Shown: piece by piece, positions 44,572-53,813 of the stretch | How the letters are laid out: every line of letters starts with the position of its first letter | Numbering within the stretch: position 1 is the first letter of the stretch | From: a virus | DNA length: 64,000 nucleotides | Direction: 5' to 3' (one strand) | IMG/VR virus record: IMGVR_UViG_3300034175_000062 | Location: 36,456-100,455 of that record | Translations under genes and position numbers: made by a program | Notes under the pieces: generated by a model | Databases searched by the model: none | What the model was told of the DNA's origin: nothing | Seen by the model: only the letters and a program-made list of their open reading frames with translations

Positions 44572-44835
44572 TTATATTCCAGGGATCTTTACGTTCAGGA
44601 TATTAGAGATATCAGATATACCATACATGCAAGATCTTGTAAAGGCAAAAGTAAAGAAATATGGAACTAATACCGGCATAAAAAAAGCCGCCATGACTAC
44701 AACAAGTAGATCAAGAGCGACATTGGACATCAGGCAGACAGCCCGATCTAGCGGATCATCATAACCAAATATGATAACGCCGATGCTATGAAATGTGATG
44801 AACACACCAGCGACAAGGGAAATAAGGATTAGCAT
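44572..44835 (-). CDS. AT-rich membrane protein
   Basis: Hydrophobic 87 aa, TAATG-coupled. Confidence 0.6.
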   Translation of the reverse strand: MLILISLVAGVFITFHSIGVIIFGYDDPLDRAVCLMSNVALDLLVVVMAAFFMPVLVPYFFTFAFTRSCMYGISDISNILNVKIPGI

Positions 44836-45044
44836 TAGTTGTACAGTTGCTGAGCCTTCTTTGGGTCTTCATCGATGCTTAGAATTACTGCTTCGAGCTG
44901 TCGAGCATATTCAACCAGGATGAGAAGATCTTCGCCGTTGACATTCGTCATGACAGCATTTACTGGCGACTTAAGTACTTTGAGCTCGAGATCATCGATG
45001 AGCTTGGTCATGATCGAGCGAAACTTAGCAGGCTTAGTTGACAT
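44835..45044 (-). CDS. Hypothetical protein
   Basis: GGAG RBS after late promoter; start reassigned. Confidence 0.7.
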   Translation of the reverse strand: MSTKPAKFRSIMTKLIDDLELKVLKSPVNAVMTNVNGEDLLILVEYARQLEAVILSIDEDPKKAQQLYN

Positions 45045-45083
45045 TAAGTGGTACTCCGTTTGAGACCTCTTATTTATGCTAGA

Positions 45084-45155
45084 TGGAGCGCCTGAAGGGA
45101 TTCGAACCCTTATCTCTATGCTTAGAAGGCAATGGCCCATTCCCTTGGCAGGCGC
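45084..45155 (-). tRNA. tRNA-Arg(UCU), degenerate D-arm
   Basis: Acceptor GCGCCTG/CAGGCGC-TCCA, T-arm AAGGG-TTCGAAT-CCCTT, anticodon loop CTTCTAA. Confidence 0.75.
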
Positions 45156-45169
45156 ACATCTTTATGTCA

Positions 45170-45364
45170 TTATTTATTACGCTTGTGACGCTTACTAGCA
45201 GCAAATTCTTGTACTGCGAAGATCAACATGATCGGACCAAGAATCGGCCATAGGATGCATGCCCAGATGACGTTGTCACCAGAAGGACCATCATAGTACT
45301 CGACCGCGAACACGATTGCCAACCCAATGACGAAGTAAGCTAGGATGCCGAGAACGATGAGCAT
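45170..45364 (-). CDS. Small membrane protein
   Basis: Two TM segments, LWP motif. Confidence 0.75.
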   Translation of the reverse strand: MLIVLGILAYFVIGLAIVFAVEYYDGPSGDNVIWACILWPILGPIMLIFAVQEFAASKRHKRNK

Positions 45365-45624
45365 TACGAAGCCGGAGTCTCAGCAGCCTGCGAACCAAGC
45401 TGGTAGCCGATCATGAAGCTCTTGCAGCTGACGACGAAGGTACGGAACTTAGCAGGAGTATCGAGCTGAAGATACTCAACGACCTGTCCAGCAGTGGCCT
45501 GATTAGCCATGACCGCGACACATGCGCGGACGTTCTTCTGGACTTCCTCGTCGGTGACCGGGAGGGGCGATTCTTGAACAACTGGAGTCGCGGCTGCGAG
45601 AGCTGCCGCCATAAGAAGCATCAT
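45364..45624 (-). CDS. Secreted small protein
   Basis: Ala-rich signal peptide, two Cys. Confidence 0.75.
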   Translation of the reverse strand: MMLLMAAALAAATPVVQESPLPVTDEEVQKNVRACVAVMANQATAGQVVEYLQLDTPAKFRTFVVSCKSFMIGYQLGSQAAETPAS

Positions 45625-45644
45625 AGTAAAATCCGAATGTAAGA

Positions 45645-45958
45645 GAAGTGGGCCCGTGCTGTTGCTAGGTGGAACCCGTACCCCAGAAACGATTACGCGG
45701 CTAGCGCATACTCGTTAGCAAGGACATCATTGTCGTTTGCATTTAGTTGTGTAGCCCGGTCGTGGGCCAAGCGATCATCTACGTATAGTCTTCAGAAGCA
45801 ATCGATGCTGCGTCGCCCCCATCAAAGCCCGCCTGCAAGTAATCCAACACGACATCACGTGTAAAACGAAATCTATCCGCATGTGGATCGGGCTATGGTG
45901 GAGGCGCCGGGTGCTGCCCCCGGGTCTTACCGCCTATCATTCTACATCAAGCAATGAT
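45645..45958 (-). ncRNA. ssrA: Permuted two-piece tmRNA (alphaproteobacterial type)
   Basis: Acceptor piece ...GACCCGGGGGCAGCACCCGGCGCCTCCACCA ends 45896; coding piece starts GGGGGCGA at 45820; tag frame 45740-45693 encodes ANDNDVLANEYALAA*. Confidence 0.95.
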
Positions 45959-45989
45959 AATGTATTTATACCCTAAGTTGGTACAAATG

Positions 45990-46298
45990 TCAAGGCTTTT
46001 TTTTATCGAGTAGAGACTTTTGCCTGCTCTCCCACTGCGACTTCTTATGATTGCAGTTACCGCAGAGCAGCTGGAAGTTCTCTTCAGTATCGGTACCACC
46101 CAGGCATCGGGCGACCGTATGATCGAGCGTTGCCTTATCTTTCCAGTTGTCGGTGAACTGAAGGTTGTGGGTGACCTTACCACAGAAGGGATTACGACAG
46201 CGTGGATCTTTGCGCCATTCGGCTAGCCTGAAGACTAGCCGATGGTAATTCTTCATTGAGGACCTACGATGGCCCTCGTTCTCATAGATTGTTGGCAT
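45990..46298 (-). CDS. HNH endonuclease
   Basis: C...CG, ATLDH......GG....N...LC..CN..K. Confidence 0.88.
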   Translation of the reverse strand: MPTIYENEGHRRSSMKNYHRLVFRLAEWRKDPRCRNPFCGKVTHNLQFTDNWKDKATLDHTVARCLGGTDTEENFQLLCGNCNHKKSQWESRQKSLLDKKKP

Positions 46299-46506
46299 CG
46301 AGCGGCCTGATAACTAGAAAGGATGTATCGATCGACATGAAGAATGTCTGATGGCAGATGCTATGGCATTCGTCTGAGAACTCGTCCCATTCGGTATAGT
46401 CCCATTCAGACGGATGCCAATCTGCAGCTCTTCGATCAAAGGCCATTTGAATAGCGATCTTCTGGCCGTCAGTCGGTGTATGTTGGGTTATGCGCCAGTC
46501 GCTCAC
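46282..46506 (-). CDS. Hypothetical protein
   Basis: GTGA-coupled. Confidence 0.6.
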   Translation of the reverse strand: MSDWRITQHTPTDGQKIAIQMAFDRRAADWHPSEWDYTEWDEFSDECHSICHQTFFMSIDTSFLVIRPLDANNL

Positions 46507-47705
46507 TTAGGCACTACCCTCAGCAAGATGGTGTTCTCATTCATCCGCTCTTGCAGCTTCTGTTCACTACCATTGATCTCACTCATGAGCTTTCGTAGGG
46601 AGATCTTGCCGCCCTTAAGCACTTGGTCGAGCACCGAGGCCACATCCTTCGCTTTCAGCTTCTTTGTAAAGCTAGTAGCTGGATCGTGGTTAGCGATAGC
46701 AGTACGGTTGATATCGAGTCCGGCTGGGCTGGCCATACGGAATACGCTGAGCTGGTTGTACTTAGTACTGAACGCCCATAGCTCACCAGCTCCGAGGATA
46801 GAATCTGGTCGAATAGACTGGAGCTTATTAGCTACGTCTGTTGGCTGGTACTTGAAGTGTTGCAGCTTCTTTTCGACAGATACTGGCTTAGGAGTACGTG
46901 GCTTACGAGCCTTCTTCTCGTTCTGGTTGTAACGCTCAGCATCCTCCACGATCATCACATAGAAGTCATAGAGCGATTCGAGTTGCTTGGCTGTGTAACC
47001 AGCATAACCCTCGACTACCTTTGAATCGGTCTTGAGGTAAGCCATTTCGATCTCAGTAAGCTGAGGATCGTAGAAGTCGAATATAGCTTTAGCCTGAAGC
47101 GGAGTCGCTTCGATCTTCTTCAGATGCTCATACAGCTCAAAGGACGATTGATATCCACCATTGTGGAAATTGTCGATGGTCTCTTCGATATCCGAGATGA
47201 GATGATCGGCCTTAGCCTTGATCCGATCTTGGACAGAGGGTTTCTGAGAGGGCTTAGGCTTATCCTGGTGGGTAATACCCTCTGGATTGGTTACCTCCAT
47301 TCTAGCCTTGCTATAATCCCTCTCTAGCATCAGCTTGAGCCGGGTCTCAAAGAAGGTTAGAGCATTAGCTGGAAGATTAGCACCGAGGCTTCGCATACGA
47401 GCGATCCAGCCAGACGTAGTGCAGATCCATTTGTCTGGAACGTCCTTGATACGCTTATGGTCAGCGTCACGGACAGAATTCTTGAGATAGGTGAGGAGGA
47501 AACTCTTCGCATCCGCCGTACCATACATCGAGTTGTACCAGCTAAGGTTCATCCCGTGTTCGAGGTTGGTGATGACGTCAGATGTAAAGGTGGGTTCGCC
47601 AGCATTCTTCTTAGCGATATAGTACTCGGACTTCGCTTTGCTGGTAACTCGGACGGTAGGCTTCTTCTTTTTAGTCAGGCTTGGTCGACGCGTAGGTGCT
47701 ACCAC
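46503..47705 (-). CDS. Conserved T4-like hypothetical protein
   Basis: 400 aa; L.WYN, IQDRI, EGY, SI.P..I.GA..LW.F.TK, R.NE.TILL. Confidence 0.85.
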   Translation of the reverse strand: MVAPTRRPSLTKKKKPTVRVTSKAKSEYYIAKKNAGEPTFTSDVITNLEHGMNLSWYNSMYGTADAKSFLLTYLKNSVRDADHKRIKDVPDKWICTTSGWIARMRSLGANLPANALTFFETRLKLMLERDYSKARMEVTNPEGITHQDKPKPSQKPSVQDRIKAKADHLISDIEETIDNFHNGGYQSSFELYEHLKKIEATPLQAKAIFDFYDPQLTEIEMAYLKTDSKVVEGYAGYTAKQLESLYDFYVMIVEDAERYNQNEKKARKPRTPKPVSVEKKLQHFKYQPTDVANKLQSIRPDSILGAGELWAFSTKYNQLSVFRMASPAGLDINRTAIANHDPATSFTKKLKAKDVASVLDQVLKGGKISLRKLMSEINGSEQKLQERMNENTILLRVVPK

Positions 47706-47770
47706 AAATGTGTCCTTGGTAACGATGTTTGGATGGGACCATTATATATCCAAACAGGCTACTTTGTAAA

Positions 47771-48001
47771 CTACTTTTTTCTAAACGGAATTAGCTCCCT
47801 CGGACGTACTACTTGCGCACCATATATAATTGCCGCATGGAACTGGTGTTCATTAACATCGTAGTGATCGCGATGAAAGAAGTGACGACCTATGCCAAGG
47901 GTTGCGGCAAATTCGTGCAACTCTTGCAAGTCATCAGCCATCATGTGGCTGTATCGTTTCATCTTACCAGCGTAGAAGCGTGGTGGATCGATGTATATCA
48001 T
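47771..48001 (-). CDS. DUF4031-like protein
   Basis: IYID, SHM.AD...ELH.FA..LG, HYD. Confidence 0.8.
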   Translation of the reverse strand: MIYIDPPRFYAGKMKRYSHMMADDLQELHEFAATLGIGRHFFHRDHYDVNEHQFHAAIIYGAQVVRPRELIPFRKK

Positions 48002-48192
48002 GTCGGTCTCATGTTTAGAGTTAAGGTGGCGTTGTCGTCAGTTTGAAGCACACAGCCTCTGATCTCCATGTATATATTCTTGCCGCATTCTGGGCAGAAC
48101 GTCGGATATCGTGGATTGACCCAGCACAGAAGCGTACCACAGCAGGGCATCTCTATAAGCCTGAAGTGAACGCGTTCTGTTGATCTTGCCAT
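47998..48192 (-). CDS. Zn-ribbon protein
   Basis: MPCCG..LCWVNPR.P.FCPECG. Confidence 0.8.
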   Translation of the reverse strand: MARSTERVHFRLIEMPCCGTLLCWVNPRYPTFCPECGKNIYMEIRGCVLQTDDNATLTLNMRPT

Positions 48193-48225
48193 GATACCCG
48201 ACCTTATTACACATTACAAGAAATG

Positions 48226-48696
48226 TCAAACAACTACAGGCCACGCCCACTGGAGCAGACCCTGATTGATGACTTTAGATTGTTTGCCCTCTGCCTTCAG
48301 CTTGACAGCACGAGAGTACCAACGAGCATACGCCGAATAGCGCTTGATCTGGTGCTCATCGTGCTCGCCAAGTCGACGACCCGAGATGAACCGCATGTAC
48401 CAGTGGAACCAGCCGATCGGATCGTGTTCGAAGATCCAGCCGTTCTCCATCCATGCCGCGTAGTCGAGGCCGGCCTTCACACCGAAACAGTTCTTCGACC
48501 AATCAGGCTCGCCGTTCTGCTCACGTAGACGCTCTACGATGCTCGGACGGATTCCCTCATAGTCTTCCTCGATCGCTAGCTCGAAGTAAGCGTGACCGAA
48601 GACGCCTAGATCAAGCATCTTCTCGGGCGTATAGAACGGCTTGAAAGCTAGTCCGCCCGAGTGGAAGGTCTGGTTCTGGTCGCTCGAAAAGTCCAT
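48226..48696 (-). CDS. Conserved hypothetical protein
   Basis: F.P..TP..ML.LGVFG, GWI...DP.GWF.WY.R...GRR, Q.LLQWA. Confidence 0.85.
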   Translation of the reverse strand: MDFSSDQNQTFHSGGLAFKPFYTPEKMLDLGVFGHAYFELAIEEDYEGIRPSIVERLREQNGEPDWSKNCFGVKAGLDYAAWMENGWIFEHDPIGWFHWYMRFISGRRLGEHDEHQIKRYSAYARWYSRAVKLKAEGKQSKVINQGLLQWAWPVVV

Positions 48697-48901
48697 CGAT
48701 CACCTTGATGTTATGCGGTTCAATGAAGTCGAGGATAGACTGGATGTTATTCTCGACGTGTGATTTGTACTGCTTCTCAGTCTGCTTGAACAGACCGGCG
48801 CCATACGGAAATGTCGCGATGAAGACCTCGATCAGCCGCTTCTTAGTCCAGAACGGCTGACGGCGGAGCTTCTGCAAGAATACTGCTTCATCGTAATGCA
48901 C
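48611..48901 (-). CDS. Hypothetical protein
   Basis: AAGGA RBS; overlaps next gene. Confidence 0.6.
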   Translation of the reverse strand: MHYDEAVFLQKLRRQPFWTKKRLIEVFIATFPYGAGLFKQTEKQYKSHVENNIQSILDFIEPHNIKVIDGLFERPEPDLPLGRTSFQAVLYAREDA

Positions 48902-48905
48902 CGTA

Positions 48906-49046
48906 CTATTCCTTCAGTTTGCGGAGATCTTCAATGACCCTTTTAAGAAGATCGATCTTGATCTGGTTGATCATGTTCGGTTCCTTCTTAAGTGCGTCAA
49001 CATCGTTTTGGTATTTGTATACGAGGTTGTTTAGCTTAGCTTTCAT
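48906..49046 (-). CDS. Small coiled-coil protein
   Basis: GAGG RBS; start reassigned. Confidence 0.55.
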   Translation of the reverse strand: MKAKLNNLVYKYQNDVDALKKEPNMINQIKIDLLKRVIEDLRKLKE

Positions 49047-49135
49047 CCGCCCTCTCAGAATGGCCAGAACTAGAATGGTATAGGACATGGAGGGACAGGA
49101 TGATCATGGATCTCTGGCCCTCTCTGTGCCTCAGA

Positions 49136-50062
49136 TTATTCGGTAACCTGATCCTCTGCCTCTACCGGCTTTGGAGACCCAAAGGTTGGCTCACTAACAG
49201 TTGGCAACTTGCCCATCATGGTGATCCGTTTGAACGGCTTGTCCTCGATCCACATGTTCCACGTCTTGAGGATGAGCTCCATCTTCATCTGCGGACTGAG
49301 CTTAACCTCGACGCTCAGACGATCACGCAGCTTATAGATCGGGCTGTCCTTCGACAGGAGGTCACCGTCCTTGAAGCGGTTCATGAAGGTAAGGGCGTGC
49401 TTCGGTGCCTTCTGCTGGATGACGTAGAACGCCGCACCAGCGATCGAGGCCGAGACCATCTTCGAGAACTGCTTCGGCAGGTTGATGGCCCACGTAGCGA
49501 TCAGCTGGAGCTGATGATCAGTTGAAGCGCGCTGGATGACCTCGCTAGAAGTGATCCGTGAGAGCTGGCCGAGGCTGCCATAGCTGTCGTAGCCGATGAC
49601 CATGCGGGTGATCGCCGCCAGGGTTGTGGCATTAACTAGTTCGCGCATACGAAGCGAGTCTGCAGGCTGACGAGCTGAACCAGTATCCACCGATTCACGT
49701 GACTCACGAGGGACACCCCAGACGAGCGAGGTCTCGATCGGTACACCAGCCCGAACGACAGAGTGCAGCCGATGCTGTCCATCATTCAGATCAGCCGAAC
49801 TGGAGATGATGATCGTCTCACCATTCCACTGCCACCGATTGTTCTTGATGTCGTTGGCAGTACGATCAATCAAGGTCTCGCGCAGCCGACGGTTGGAGCG
49901 GTTATTCTCGAGCAGCACCTCGGCCATCTCGGGAGTGATCGTGATGCGTGTCTCAGCACCAGTCTCGCCAGCTTCCATCCGTTCCATGAGGCCCAGGAAC
50001 CACTGTTCAGCCAGAACACGGCCCTCGGACTTCTCACGCTTCTTGTCGAGTATCTCGTTCAT
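49136..50062 (-). CDS. ParB/Srx-like (DGQHR) protein
   Basis: ITPEMA..LL..N..NR, W..NGE.I, LNDGQHRL, D.G..R. Confidence 0.85.
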   Translation of the reverse strand: MNEILDKKREKSEGRVLAEQWFLGLMERMEAGETGAETRITITPEMAEVLLENNRSNRRLRETLIDRTANDIKNNRWQWNGETIIISSSADLNDGQHRLHSVVRAGVPIETSLVWGVPRESRESVDTGSARQPADSLRMRELVNATTLAAITRMVIGYDSYGSLGQLSRITSSEVIQRASTDHQLQLIATWAINLPKQFSKMVSASIAGAAFYVIQQKAPKHALTFMNRFKDGDLLSKDSPIYKLRDRLSVEVKLSPQMKMELILKTWNMWIEDKPFKRITMMGKLPTVSEPTFGSPKPVEAEDQVTE

Positions 50063-50085
50063 TTCGTCTTCCTTCCATGGTGAAC

Positions 50086-50349
50086 TTAACGATGATTTAT
50101 GCCATGCGTCTCGTTGATGACCAGCATGATATCGAATAGCTTCTGGCCGATAGCAGCGACCTCCAGAAAGCTATTCGCTACCTTAGTGTGAGCCGAACAC
50201 TTGGTCGGGTGTTCAGCCATCTCCAACAAACCGAGCTCAAAGTTATTCAGCTCGTTCCGCATCTCGGATATTGCCCTTGCCGTGTGGGTGCACAGTTCGG
50301 AGTTCAGCTTGTTCAGCCGAATGATGTCTTCGTCACGCATTGCCTGCAA
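50086..50349 (-). CDS. Hypothetical protein
   Basis: In operon; start uncertain. Confidence 0.6.
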   Translation of the reverse strand: MQAMRDEDIIRLNKLNSELCTHTARAISEMRNELNNFELGLLEMAEHPTKCSAHTKVANSFLEVAAIGQKLFDIMLVINETHGINHR

Positions 50350-51283
50350 ACGCCGTAGCTAGAGTGAGTGCCTTGGTCTTCAGATCACGGTTGGAACCGA
50401 ACCATGCTGATTGAAGCCGCGAATCAACTGCCCGACCCATGAGATGATCGGTCATGTACGTGACAGCATTAAAGGCCTGCCACCACGTTCCTTCAGCCAT
50501 ATCGGCTCCAGGCTGCGACCGGATAACATCCAGGGCGATGGAATGATTCCGGCTGATGGATGCCTCTTCCTTCTTCGAAGTCTTCTTTGGGAAGATCTCT
50601 CGGAAGTAACGGTTGAGGGCATCATCATTGAACCGAACGCCAGCCATGAACTCTGCCGCCTCTTTGTAGGTGACGAGCTTACTGTGCGCGATACCAAGCA
50701 GTTCCTTAGCCTTCTCAGGCTCGAACGCTTTACGATGACTCAGCCGCACGACCTGCTGCTGATCGAAGGTAGAGCCAGTGCCCATCGCTAGACACAGGGT
50801 GTTCCAACAGACCACGCGAATCGGAGTGAACCGAATGTCGATGGCCTTGCCGAACTGATGAGGGTTGGTGAAGAGCAGATGGCTCTCGACGTGGTCCTTG
50901 CCAGCAACGATGAAGCCGTCTTTGATCTTGGCTAGACACCATACGATCTGCCCGCCCTTGAGCGAACCAGCCGTATGCATCTCCATGTCGCCAGCCATGA
51001 CGAAGTCGTGGAAGAACTGGAAGGCATCCTCGTTCTGAAGAGGACACCATTCGCGAGTGACCGTATCTAGGATCTTGTTATCGCTGGAACGTACCAAGGC
51101 TGCGCGGTTGATGTCCTTATCGATGCCACCGATCTTCACCGTAGCACCGATCTTTTCGACCATCCAGTCCGTGCCCGATTCGACCATGATCTGCCTGGGC
51201 GACAGATCATTCGAGACATTATTACCGAGACCGTGCCAAGGGACCTCCCCGGCGTAAGCCATTGTTTCTACTTCGCCCGACAT
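50333..51283 (-). CDS. DUF932 (DUF945) phage/plasmid protein
   Basis: PWHGLG, QN..AF.FF, TAGSL.GG, TP.RVVC.NTL, GT.W.A.NAVT...DH. Confidence 0.92.
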   Translation of the reverse strand: MSGEVETMAYAGEVPWHGLGNNVSNDLSPRQIMVESGTDWMVEKIGATVKIGGIDKDINRAALVRSSDNKILDTVTREWCPLQNEDAFQFFHDFVMAGDMEMHTAGSLKGGQIVWCLAKIKDGFIVAGKDHVESHLLFTNPHQFGKAIDIRFTPIRVVCWNTLCLAMGTGSTFDQQQVVRLSHRKAFEPEKAKELLGIAHSKLVTYKEAAEFMAGVRFNDDALNRYFREIFPKKTSKKEEASISRNHSIALDVIRSQPGADMAEGTWWQAFNAVTYMTDHLMGRAVDSRLQSAWFGSNRDLKTKALTLATAFAGNA

Positions 51284-51374
51284 GTGGGTCTCCTTATTAG
51301 AACCTTCCTTATTCTTATATCCTGTAACCAGACTCATGTAAAGGCTTTTAATTGGAACTCGAGTTCAACACACA

Positions 51375-51407
51375 AAAGAAAAGGGAGAGCCCGAAGACCC
51401 TCCCTTT
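51375..51407 (-). terminator. Intrinsic terminator
   Basis: AAAGGGAG...CTCCCTTT with U-tract. Confidence 0.75.
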
Positions 51408-51433
51408 GAATGCATCTAACTGATGAAGCAGTC

Positions 51434-52201
51434 TTAGATGAAGCCGAACTTCAGAGCGGCCTGCTCCACCTGGTAGCGAGTCATCGTCTGGCAGCCGACA
51501 TTGACCGTGCCACGATAGATGGTCGAGCTGCGGCTGTAGTCGCTATGGCGGATGCTAGGACCAGAGACGCTGGTACGAGTGTTCTCAGGGTCCGACCAGA
51601 AAGCGAAGCAAGCATCCCAGAGACGACGGGCCGAAGTCTCGCCGATCCAGTAACCACCTGGAGTCTGAACCTGACGACCACGGCTACCGTTGGTACGGAA
51701 GTTCAGCTTCTGCTCCTCAGAGCCTTCAGCGAACGCGTAGTCCGGCTTGCCTGCTTCACGAAGCGCAGTGAAGAAGTCGACCACCTGCTGCTTGATCTGG
51801 CCGTAAGCCTGGAGGATACCGATATCGACATAGTTAAGCGTCATGCCGATGTTCTTCGCGAACTGCAGGTTGTCCTCCTTACTGGTTGCAAGGATCTTCG
51901 CGAACTGAGCTTCACCATCGAAGAAAGCGTCAAAGCTCGGAACCCGGTTGATCGTACGATCCGACAGCATCAGCTCCATGAGCATATTGTCGAAGATCTC
52001 AGTCTGCTCGATAGTCAGACTAGCACGCACAGTGCTGTTAAGTAGGGTAACACCACCAATATGACGCAGCAGGGTCTTACGACCGACCTTGACATCATTA
52101 CCTTCAGCGGTAAAAGGAGCAGCAATAGTCTTAAACGTAAACAGCGGCTCAACAGCAACCGGAGCCTCAACAGTCACTTCTGCAGTCACAACATCAGTCA
52201 T
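51434..52201 (-). CDS. Hypothetical protein
   Basis: 255 aa, own promoter and terminator; C-term VGCQT..R..VE motif. Confidence 0.85.
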   Translation of the reverse strand: MTDVVTAEVTVEAPVAVEPLFTFKTIAAPFTAEGNDVKVGRKTLLRHIGGVTLLNSTVRASLTIEQTEIFDNMLMELMLSDRTINRVPSFDAFFDGEAQFAKILATSKEDNLQFAKNIGMTLNYVDIGILQAYGQIKQQVVDFFTALREAGKPDYAFAEGSEEQKLNFRTNGSRGRQVQTPGGYWIGETSARRLWDACFAFWSDPENTRTSVSGPSIRHSDYSRSSTIYRGTVNVGCQTMTRYQVEQAALKFGFI

Positions 52202-52329
52202 TATGTAAGTAAGTCCTAGCTATGTGGATATGAACCAGTAAACAGTTACTATACTGTGTTACTTTCCATATAGCACTTATATACTAATGTCCCAACATTG
52301 TAAAGGCAAAAGTTCAAGAAAATAAGCAC

Positions 52330-52360
52330 AAAAAAAGGGAGGACTTTAGTCCTCCCTTTA
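52330..52360 (-). terminator. Intrinsic terminator
   Basis: AAAGGGAGGAC-TTTA-GTCCTCCCTTT with U-tract. Confidence 0.85.
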
Positions 52361-52379
52361 AGCTTAGTTGTAGTGGATG

Positions 52380-53723
52380 TTATGCGCGACGCTTGGCATA
52401 AACGGTACCACGCTGCGGGCCCGGCTTGCGACGGGCAGTCCCGTCCAGCCGAGTCGGAGCGACAGTCCGCGGCGTGCCGTCATGCCAGGTGCCGTGGCTA
52501 CCGGCCTCGGCGCGGTTTCCACCGCCGCGCCGACCTGCACCGCCCGACCGAGCCTGGGGAGCGTTACCGCCACCCGACCGACCAGCCATCGCACCACCCG
52601 AAGCACCACCACCCGACGGGGGAGTGTCATCGGTCTGGGGACGACGGGCCATGCCGCGGTTACCCTTCAATCGACGGTCGAACGTGTTGGTCACTCGGCC
52701 CCGACGAGGAGCATCTTCCGAGTTGTCCTGACCCTGACGGGCCATCGCATTCGCCGGCTGCTGGTTGCCCTGCGGATTGTCCTTCGAGACGCCCTGCTCG
52801 ATATTCTCCTTCAGGCGCCCGTCAGTCGACGGATCCTTCACCTGGCCCTGCGCGCCCGGCTGACGATCACCGTCATTATTCGAGTTCGAGTTGTTACCCG
52901 AGCCCGTGTTCTGACCCATCGTCGAATTGCCGGTCGCCGGAGCAACCTGCTGGCCGCCCTGGCCATCACCGCCGTCGATGTGGACACCCGCATCGCGGTT
53001 TTCCTTCAGACGGCCGTCGTTCGGGTTCTTGACCTGACCCTGAGCGCCGGGAGTCCGCTCGTCATTGCCGAGGTTGCTGAGATCAGCGTTGCCCTCCTGC
53101 TGCTGGTTGTTGCCCGACGCCTGATTGTTACCCTGCGACTGGTTGTTATCCTGCTGCTGGTTGCCCTGCGACTGGCCGATGTTCTGACCGGTGTTGTCCG
53201 ACATCTGGCTGATGTTCGCCGAACCGTCCTGGCCAGACTGATCCGTCTCGTCGTAGTTGGGTGCCGCCATAAGGTCGCCGACATCCGCCGAAAGGATCAG
53301 CGGCGTCTCGCCGGGTAGACCGTTCTCGATCGAAACGGCTTCGATGATGGAGACCGGAGGAGTTCCGATTGCTTCCATCTCAGGATCGAGTGAGATGAAC
53401 AGATCGAACACGTTGCCGTCTTCATCCTTCAGCCAGCCGGCCGTTGTAACGAGATGGCAGGAACCCGATGCACCGATTCCAGTGCCGTAGACGGCCCGGA
53501 GATCACCGTATTCATCATCGAGGCCGGCCAGCTCGATCGCACGGTGTGCGACATCGGCATATTCTTCGACGGGACGCGAAGGCTGCTGGAGGATAGTGTC
53601 CATCAGCGATTCGCCTTCAACGCCGATGAAGATACGGCTCTTGTTGCGGCGGAAGAGTTCTGCTTGTTCCGGGCTAACTCGAAGCACCCGGGCGATTAGG
53701 CTGTCCTGCATTATAAGCTCCAT
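52380..53723 (-). CDS. Protein with long disordered tail, DGRLKEN repeats and RG-rich end
   Basis: GQVKNPNDGRLKEN, GQVKDPSTDGRLKEN, GRVTNTFDRRLKGN; AAGGA RBS, promoter ~53760-53786. Confidence 0.85.
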   Translation of the reverse strand: MELIMQDSLIARVLRVSPEQAELFRRNKSRIFIGVEGESLMDTILQQPSRPVEEYADVAHRAIELAGLDDEYGDLRAVYGTGIGASGSCHLVTTAGWLKDEDGNVFDLFISLDPEMEAIGTPPVSIIEAVSIENGLPGETPLILSADVGDLMAAPNYDETDQSGQDGSANISQMSDNTGQNIGQSQGNQQQDNNQSQGNNQASGNNQQQEGNADLSNLGNDERTPGAQGQVKNPNDGRLKENRDAGVHIDGGDGQGGQQVAPATGNSTMGQNTGSGNNSNSNNDGDRQPGAQGQVKDPSTDGRLKENIEQGVSKDNPQGNQQPANAMARQGQDNSEDAPRRGRVTNTFDRRLKGNRGMARRPQTDDTPPSGGGASGGAMAGRSGGGNAPQARSGGAGRRGGGNRAEAGSHGTWHDGTPRTVAPTRLDGTARRKPGPQRGTVYAKRRA

Positions 53724-53813
53724 TCCTTGTGCCAGGGTTTATCCCTTGACTAGAACAGTATATAATGCAGGACTAAAGTTGTAAAGGCATTTATTTCCAT
53801 TATTTGGAATTTA

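Noticed and set aside
44835-45140. 101-aa ORF as listed in the track
   Set aside because: N-terminal part reads through the tRNA and late promoter; true start is 45044
52373-53318. + strand 219-aa and 313-aa ORFs
   Set aside because: Shadows of the GC-rich 52380-53723 gene, which has RBS, promoter and terminator
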